From contig JBGAGQ010000065.1 in assembly GCA_044226625.1 (NCBI GenBank), positions 1 to 36,075 on the forward strand: a stretch of 36,075 nt of DNA, given 5' to 3'. The notes beneath the pieces are model-generated. The model saw only the letters and a list, made by a program, of their open reading frames with translations, was not told where the DNA came from and did no database searches. The DNA is from Thermoanaerobaculia bacterium (GTDB lineage Bacteria > Acidobacteriota > Thermoanaerobaculia > Multivoradales > UBA5704). Position numbers and translations under genes: made by a program. This document shows, piece after piece, positions 30,398-36,075 of the stretch (the first letter of the stretch is position 1; each line of letters begins with the position of its first letter).

Positions 30398-31474
30398 ATG
30401 CCTTCTGCGCCTCCCCCCTCCCCAGCCGCCCTCCCAACCCTCCCCGCCGACCCCGAAACGCGCCTTTTCGCCCGCCTCCGCGAGCTGATCGACGTCGACT
30501 CGACCTCCGGCAGGGAACGGGAGGCGGCGGAGCTGCTGTTCGGCCGACTGCGCGAGATCGACCCCGCGCCAACGATCGAGAAGATCCCGGTCGACGCCGA
30601 GCGCTTCAACCTCTTCGCGACCTGGGGCGAGCCCGAGGTGATCCTCTCCACCCACGTGGACTGCGTGCCGCCTTTCTTCCCTTCATCAGAGTCCGAAGGC
30701 GAGATTCGCGGACGGGGAGCGTGCGACGCCAAGGGAATCCTCGCCGCGATGATCGCCGCGGTCGAGAAGTTGCTCGCCAAAGGAAGGAGCGGGTTCGGCC
30801 TACTGATCGTCGTCGCCGAGGAGACCGACAGCGTCGGTGCCGATAAGGCGAACGCCTGGGCCCGAGAGAGGGGCCTCTCCCCTCGCGCGTTGATCAACGG
30901 CGAACCGACCGAGAATCGCCTTGCGCTCGGTTCGAAGGGGACTCTCTTCTACCGCTTGGAAGCCACGGGGAAGGCGGCCCACTCGGCGTATCCCGAGCTC
31001 GGGATCTCCGCGATCGACGCCCTCCTTGCCGCGCTCGATCGACTCCGCGGCGTGCCGCTCCCGGCCGACTCGATCCTCGGCGAGACGACGATGAACGTCG
31101 GAAAGATCGAAGGAGGACGAGCGGCGAACGTCATCGCCGACGCGGCCTCGGCGGAGATCCTCGTCCGAACCGTCGGACCGACCGAGGTCTTACGCCGCGA
31201 CATCGAGGCCGCCGTTCGCGAGATCCCCAACGTCGAGATCGCCCGCTCGCGGGAGACTCCCGCCCTTCGTCTCGGCGCGGTCCCCGGCTTCGAGACCATG
31301 GTCGCCAAGTACACCACCGACATCCCGCGTCTCTCCGCCTGGGGAACGCCCTACCTTCTCGGCCCAGGGACGATCCAGGTCGCCCACACGCCGGGCGAGC
31401 GGATCGGGAAGACCGAGCTGGTGGAAGCCGTCGAGCTGTATCGGCGGTTGGTCCTGCACCTGCTCGGCTCCTAG
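30398..31474 (+). CDS. M20/M25/M40 family metallo-hydrolase (ArgE/DapE-like)
   Basis: STHVDCVPP, GRGACDAKG, AEET, INGEPT, GKAAHSAYPELG, AHTPGE. Confidence 0.92.
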   Translation: MPSAPPPSPAALPTLPADPETRLFARLRELIDVDSTSGREREAAELLFGRLREIDPAPTIEKIPVDAERFNLFATWGEPEVILSTHVDCVPPFFPSSESEGEIRGRGACDAKGILAAMIAAVEKLLAKGRSGFGLLIVVAEETDSVGADKANAWARERGLSPRALINGEPTENRLALGSKGTLFYRLEATGKAAHSAYPELGISAIDALLAALDRLRGVPLPADSILGETTMNVGKIEGGRAANVIADAASAEILVRTVGPTEVLRRDIEAAVREIPNVEIARSRETPALRLGAVPGFETMVAKYTTDIPRLSAWGTPYLLGPGTIQVAHTPGERIGKTELVEAVELYRRLVLHLLGS

Positions 31475-31498
31475 CTCACGTCCGCGGTTTGTTGTCCG

Positions 31499-31530
31499 TG
31501 GCATGTCGACTGGCATTCGGATGGTAAGCT
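31499..31530 (+). promoter_or_regulatory. Extended -10 promoter (TGgTAAGCT) with TGGCAT/TGGTAA repeats, putative antitoxin operator
   Basis: TGGCAT at 31499 and 31511, TGGTAA at 31522. The -10 TAAGCT (31525-31530) lies 7 nt before ATG 31538, with no SD. Confidence 0.5.
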
Positions 31531-31537
31531 CCAACCC

Positions 31538-31795
31538 ATGACGACGACCATCGACAAGGCAGGACGTGTAGTCATTCCGGCCGAGGTACGGAAAAGGCTC
31601 GGCCTGACCGCCGGAAGCGAGCTGGAAATGGTCATCGAGGACTTCAGCATCCGCCTCACCCGCGCGGTGGAAAGCCCGCAGATCGTTCGACGCGGCGGCC
31701 GCCTGATCGCTCGCCCGCGGGCAGCGAAGAGCGAGCGCACGAACGTGGACCTTGCGCGCTTGATCGAGGAGGAGCGCGATCGTTGGCCAATCTGA
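31538..31795 (+). CDS. vapB: AbrB/MazE/SpoVT-family antitoxin
   Basis: TTIDKAGRVVIPAEVRKRLGLTAGSELE swapped-hairpin signature; overlaps the PIN gene. Confidence 0.9.
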   Translation: MTTTIDKAGRVVIPAEVRKRLGLTAGSELEMVIEDFSIRLTRAVESPQIVRRGGRLIARPRAAKSERTNVDLARLIEEERDRWPI

Positions 31796-32256
31796 GGGGG
31801 ATCTTCTTCGACACCAGCGTCCTCGTCGCCGGCACGATCGATTTCGGCCCCAGCTCGCACCACGCGATGCGCCTATTGGATGCTGTCGCGGACGGAAGTA
31901 TCGATCGGCCGCTCACCGCTTGGCATTGCTGCCTCGAGTACTTCGCCGTAACGACTCGTTTGCCTGAGGAATATCGTCTCGAACCCGGGATGGCCCTGCG
32001 GTTCCTCAGGGAGGAGATCTTCGCCCGCTTCTCGATCAGGGATCTGGCTGCGGACCAGCGCGAGGATTTTCTCGCTTCCGCAACTGGAGAGGGTGCTCTG
32101 GGAGGACGCGTCTACGACGCTCATATCGCCGAGGTCGCGAGGCGAGCCGGAGCCCAACTCGTGGTCACCGAGAATCGCCGCCACTTTACCTCCCTGCTAC
32201 GACATGGCATCCGCGTCTTGATCAGCGCCGAGCTGAGCGACGAGATCGTGCCTTGA
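31783..32256 (+). CDS. vapC: PIN-domain toxin (VapC family)
   Basis: FFDTSVLVA, CLEYFAVTTR, GGRVYDAHIA, VTENRRHF; GAGGAG RBS. Confidence 0.88.
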   Translation: MANLRGIFFDTSVLVAGTIDFGPSSHHAMRLLDAVADGSIDRPLTAWHCCLEYFAVTTRLPEEYRLEPGMALRFLREEIFARFSIRDLAADQREDFLASATGEGALGGRVYDAHIAEVARRAGAQLVVTENRRHFTSLLRHGIRVLISAELSDEIVP

Positions 32257-35200
32257 GCCCAGGCGACCCGGGCCGTTCCGGCGGGGATAGCCCCTACGCT
32301 ACGGGAGGCGGTGGGGTCACTTTCGAACGCCAGGTCGCGGTGATTTATTTGGCGCGGCTGCTCACCGGTGCGACCGGACACGAACTCCAGGCTCGAAGGG
32401 TTTATCGCATTTCCTTCCAACAGGCGCCAACCCACCAAGTTGACGACCTCGTGATTCTGGCCAGCCGTGAAGATGAGACGGATCCTCTTGAGCTGGCCAT
32501 CGCTGTCCGGCGCAGACCCGCGTTCATTAGCAGCGACAAGAAAACTGAAGAGCTTATTGGCAACATTCTCGCTTCAATTCGCGCATCCGCAGGCCCGGGG
32601 CATCGGGTCGGAATCTGTGTCGCCGGTCCCCAACCGGCTGCCCAACAGGTTAGTGAGCTCGCGGCAATTGCGCGCCAACAGGCGACCGCAGAAGGCTTCT
32701 TCTCGCTCGTACTGACACCGCGCCGCTTCAACGAGGCTGTCCGCAACCGTCTCTTACACCTCGTCGCACTGGTAAAGGCGAACCTAGCCACGAGCGACGA
32801 CAAAGAATCCTCGGAAGCCGCCCAAGTCCGAACGTGGGAGTTACTCAGTCGTCTTGAGATTCTAATGCCACGTCTAGAAGCAACCGACGAGACCGATTGG
32901 AACGAACTACTTAACCAACTAACGCCTTTCTCTCGCGATCCAACGATGACCGCCGCTATCGCGTTGCGGGACCGCCTCGAGGCACTCGCCGGTTCCTACT
33001 CACTATCGGCCGCGGTCGTCGATTTGGCGATCCTACGTAGGGATGTTCATGAACAGCTTCACTCTGAGCGCCGCCGCCGGGAGATCGCATGGAAGGAGTT
33101 ACGCCATCTCGATGCCGACGCCCGCAGCGCCGTCCGAAACACGCTCGGCCTCAGTCCGGCCGCAGACCCTATGCATCTCGCTCGGCCCGAACCAGCAGCA
33201 TTGGTGCGAAGAGCGCTCGATTTCGGCGGCAGCGTACTCGTCTCAGGTGAGTCTGGGGTCGGCAAGTCCGCACTGATACTCAGGGAACTTACCCAATCGT
33301 CCGATTCGGATCCGGCGAAGTGTAACGTCGTGTGCCTCAGCCTCCGACTCCTGCCGCCCACGATGACCGAGCTCCGTGGGGTTCTAGGCGCGCCACTAGA
33401 AGAGCTGCTAGCCGAGATGTCAGCGCCAACGCGTGTCCTTTTACTCGACGCTGCAGATGTCGTGATCGAACGTGACGATCAGCTCCTCGCGCAGCTTCTC
33501 CGCGCTGCCCGCACCGCGGACGTCACCCCGTGGGCCATCTCAACCACCGACGCCAAGTCCGCTGTACTCGCAGTGATGGAGAAGAACGCAAGTCCAGTCC
33601 GGGAAGTAACCATTGACGGGATTAACGACGGTGAATTGGAAGAGGTCGCAAAGGCATTCCCTCAACTTCGACGGCTCGTTGAAGATCCCCATGCAAAGAA
33701 TTTGCTCAGACGGCCGGGAATCATCGACCTGTTTATCCGATCTGGTAGCCAAGAGCTTCCGCTTAGTGACGCCGACGCTTTTGAGATCGTCTGGGCGAAA
33801 CTCGTCCGCAACGACCAACGCGCGAATCGCGGCTTGCCCGATGCTCGGGATCAGGTGATGCTCCAGCTCGCTGCGCGGCAGCTCCGGCCTACAGACCCAA
33901 TTGCTCTCTTCACGTCGATGAACGCGGATGCTGTCGCTGGCCTGCAGCACGACGCGCTGCTGCGACCTGGCGAGCGGTGGCAACTATTACCAGCATTCGC
34001 ACACGATTTGCTACGCACTTATGCCGTGGCACGCTTGCTCCTGTCATCTGAAGATCCGATCGGCGAACTGGCCTCGAATGGTGCGCCTCGCTGGGCACTC
34101 CCTGCCACACGCCTAACTTGTCAGGTGCTGCTTTCTGCGAAGGGTTCTCCCGAGAAACCGCGCGCGCACCAGTTCGCAAAGCTGCAAATGGCAATCGATC
34201 GCCTCCCCGCAGCGGGACATGGGGATCGGTGGGGGGATCTCCCCACCGAGGCGATGCTTACATTGCCCAACTCTCGGGAAATCCTGGCAGAGGAGTGGCC
34301 TGTCCTTGTGGAGGGTAACGCTGCAGGGCTGAAGCGTGTGCTGCGGATCGTCCATCAGCGGTACGGTCGCACAGGAATCGTCGATCGACTCGTAGCCGAG
34401 CCAGTGATCGCCCTCCTGTTCGAACGGGGATGGCCGTCCAAATTGAAGAAAGAGGTCGATGAGTTGATTGCCGAGTGGTTGCGTGGGCTGATCTTGGCTG
34501 GAGAGCCCGCAGGCCATCCACTGCGGATTGCCCTACGCGAGCGATTTGCCACACTTGTAGCCAAGGCAGACGAGCGCTTGGCTGACAATCGTCGCAAGGA
34601 GTCCGCTCGGCTTGCTGCGCGCAGCCCTGAAGAAGTCGCCCAGGACGAAGCGAATGCTCGTGCTATGCGCGCTATGACCTCAATACCCAGCCACCGTCGC
34701 CGTTGGCCAGACCTACCGGACGAACTTACCGACGAGCAACTGCTAGAGCAACTCTCGCTGCTCGGCAAAGATTTGGGCGAAGTGGGAGAGGCGCTATTGC
34801 GGAGAGTGGCAGTCGACTCTCCACACCAGCTGGCCCCCGCTGTGGAAGAATTGCTGACAGGGCACGGACTTGCCTCACATGATCCGAGACTGCTTGTCCA
34901 ATTAATCGAATCTTACTATATCGACGAGGTCGACGAAGATCGCCACTACGGGATAGAAAACGGCATCCGTGGTCATCGATATCTGGGGTTCTCGGTGCCG
35001 ATGGCAGCAGCCTACCGCGGCCCGTTCTTGGCGCTTTTTCGCACGGACCTGCGCGCGGGTGTTGCCTGCCTCAACCGGTTGCTCAATCATGCTGCGCGTG
35101 TGCGAGTGCAGATCCTCCTCAGTCACCGCGATTCGGGCGAGGACGTAGAGCCGGAGGAAAGGTACATTCTGGACATCACCGGGGAGCGTAGGCGATTCCA

Positions 35201-35924
35201 GGGTGACGACCAAGTTTGGAGGTGGTACCGCGGAACCGGAGTCGGACCTTACCCATGCATGAGCGCACTCCAGGCTCTAGAGCTCGTATGCGATGAGTAC
35301 CTTCGGGCAGGAACTCGCGTCGACGTACTAATCCAGCTCCTGCTGCATGACTGCGAGAACCTGGCAATGCCGGGGCTAATCGTCGGCTTGCTTATCCGGC
35401 ACCTCGAGCGGGTCGGAGACGAGATGGATCCGTTCCTCGCCGAGCCGGTGATCTGGCGGCTCGAGTTCACCCGAGTGATCAGCGAGCACGCTGGCATGGC
35501 GGCGCGGACAGAAGGAGTCGTCGCGCCGGATCGTCGCAAATGGAATCTGCAGGAGGTGGCCATGTGGCTTGCTCTTCACGCCACTATTGACCGAAGCGAA
35601 GCTCTCAAAGGCGTCGGTCGGCGACTTGTCGCACGAGCCGCAGAACTGGAAGGATCCAAAGCCGACGGCGAGCCACTATCAGAGGGAATCGCCTCCGTGC
35701 GTGGTTGGGCGCGCAGTTTTGATCGCGAGTGTTTCAAGTTCACCGAGGCGGATCAAGGTTTACGCATCGAGGTAGTCCCGGACGAACAGGTCGTTGCCCG
35801 TCTTGCTCCTTCGAATGCCGACCTCGCCCAGGGCCAGGACGCATTCAGAGTTCCTCCTCGCCCTGGCCCGTCGGCGGACATCTGCGCCGCCGGGCCGTCG
35901 ACTCGCAGTCCGCTTCAGGCGTAG
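32253..35924 (+). CDS. Large STAND-class NTPase (Avs/AVAST-like) with N-terminal restriction-endonuclease-like domain; probably truncated near 35850 by IS66
   Basis: N-terminal SPYATGGGGVTFERQVA...VDDLVI; Walker A GESGVGKS (33246-33269); Walker B VLLLDAAD; FAHDLLRTYA winged-helix-like motif; long helical C-terminus with WYRGTGVGPYPCMSALQALE. Visibly lower GC than the flanks. The last ~24 codons look IS-derived. Confidence 0.72.
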   Translation: MSPGDPGRSGGDSPYATGGGGVTFERQVAVIYLARLLTGATGHELQARRVYRISFQQAPTHQVDDLVILASREDETDPLELAIAVRRRPAFISSDKKTEELIGNILASIRASAGPGHRVGICVAGPQPAAQQVSELAAIARQQATAEGFFSLVLTPRRFNEAVRNRLLHLVALVKANLATSDDKESSEAAQVRTWELLSRLEILMPRLEATDETDWNELLNQLTPFSRDPTMTAAIALRDRLEALAGSYSLSAAVVDLAILRRDVHEQLHSERRRREIAWKELRHLDADARSAVRNTLGLSPAADPMHLARPEPAALVRRALDFGGSVLVSGESGVGKSALILRELTQSSDSDPAKCNVVCLSLRLLPPTMTELRGVLGAPLEELLAEMSAPTRVLLLDAADVVIERDDQLLAQLLRAARTADVTPWAISTTDAKSAVLAVMEKNASPVREVTIDGINDGELEEVAKAFPQLRRLVEDPHAKNLLRRPGIIDLFIRSGSQELPLSDADAFEIVWAKLVRNDQRANRGLPDARDQVMLQLAARQLRPTDPIALFTSMNADAVAGLQHDALLRPGERWQLLPAFAHDLLRTYAVARLLLSSEDPIGELASNGAPRWALPATRLTCQVLLSAKGSPEKPRAHQFAKLQMAIDRLPAAGHGDRWGDLPTEAMLTLPNSREILAEEWPVLVEGNAAGLKRVLRIVHQRYGRTGIVDRLVAEPVIALLFERGWPSKLKKEVDELIAEWLRGLILAGEPAGHPLRIALRERFATLVAKADERLADNRRKESARLAARSPEEVAQDEANARAMRAMTSIPSHRRRWPDLPDELTDEQLLEQLSLLGKDLGEVGEALLRRVAVDSPHQLAPAVEELLTGHGLASHDPRLLVQLIESYYIDEVDEDRHYGIENGIRGHRYLGFSVPMAAAYRGPFLALFRTDLRAGVACLNRLLNHAARVRVQILLSHRDSGEDVEPEERYILDITGERRRFQGDDQVWRWYRGTGVGPYPCMSALQALELVCDEYLRAGTRVDVLIQLLLHDCENLAMPGLIVGLLIRHLERVGDEMDPFLAEPVIWRLEFTRVISEHAGMAARTEGVVAPDRRKWNLQEVAMWLALHATIDRSEALKGVGRRLVARAAELEGSKADGEPLSEGIASVRGWARSFDRECFKFTEADQGLRIEVVPDEQVVARLAPSNADLAQGQDAFRVPPRPGPSADICAAGPSTRSPLQA

Positions 35925-36075
35925 CTCAAATCAAAACGGCAGGGTAACCGCGCCGGGAGACTTCAAGGCGGCGGTCAAGGCTTCGCGTAGGTAGGTTTCC
36001 GGGTCGAGGTCGTTGAGTTTCGCCGTCCCGATCAGCGAATAGAAAAGGGCGGAGACGTTGGCGCCCCGCTGCGAG
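35850..36075 (-). mobile_element. IS66-family insertion sequence, distal end (partial)
   Basis: Carries the TnpC C-terminus. Probable terminal repeat begins GTTCCTCCTCGCCC at 35850; boundary inferred. Confidence 0.7.
35931..36074 (-). CDS. tnpC: IS66 transposase C-terminal fragment
   Basis: Manual translation SQRGANVSALFYSLIGTAKLNDLDPETYLREALTAALKSPGAVTLPF* matches the IS66 C-terminal YSLIxTAKLNxxDPxxYL motif. Confidence 0.88.
   Translation of the reverse strand, partial: SQRGANVSALFYSLIGTAKLNDLDPETYLREALTAALKSPGAVTLPF

Noticed and set aside
29080-30897. 605-aa minus-strand ORF spanning SPOR/fabI/M20
   Set aside because: Out-of-frame or antisense overlap with three well-supported genes.
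35944-35957. GTAACCGCGCCGGG as a canonical IS66 GTAA terminus
   Set aside because: Lies inside the transposase coding sequence, so it cannot be the element end.

Overview
High-GC (roughly 65-70% by eye) bacterial chromosome segment; gene content and style suggest an Acidobacteriota (Thermoanaerobaculia-like) genome, but that is inference only. The core backbone has pyk, a rhomboid protease, alaS, purH, fabI, an M20 peptidase, a GT-C (ArnT/PMT-type) glycosyltransferase, a SPOR protein, a FadL-type outer-membrane channel and a TMEM43-family protein. Accessory genes are interspersed: two VapBC-type toxin-antitoxin pairs; an Rpn/YhgA nuclease with a likely intragenic antitoxin start; several large secreted Ig-like or beta-propeller proteins; and a three-gene secreted module (an internally duplicated 279-aa protein plus two tandem ~920-aa Asp-box paralogues) behind a long hairpin leader. 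At the right end, a lower-GC Avs/STAND-like NTPase gene is translationally coupled to VapBC and appears to be interrupted by an IS66 element. Non-coding highlights are a 23-bp bidirectional, probably leaderless promoter between fabI and the M20 gene, and a recurring '-10 box + 9 nt + ATG' layout. One gene (DUF1684) carries a +1 frameshift. No rRNA, tRNA or CRISPR array was seen.
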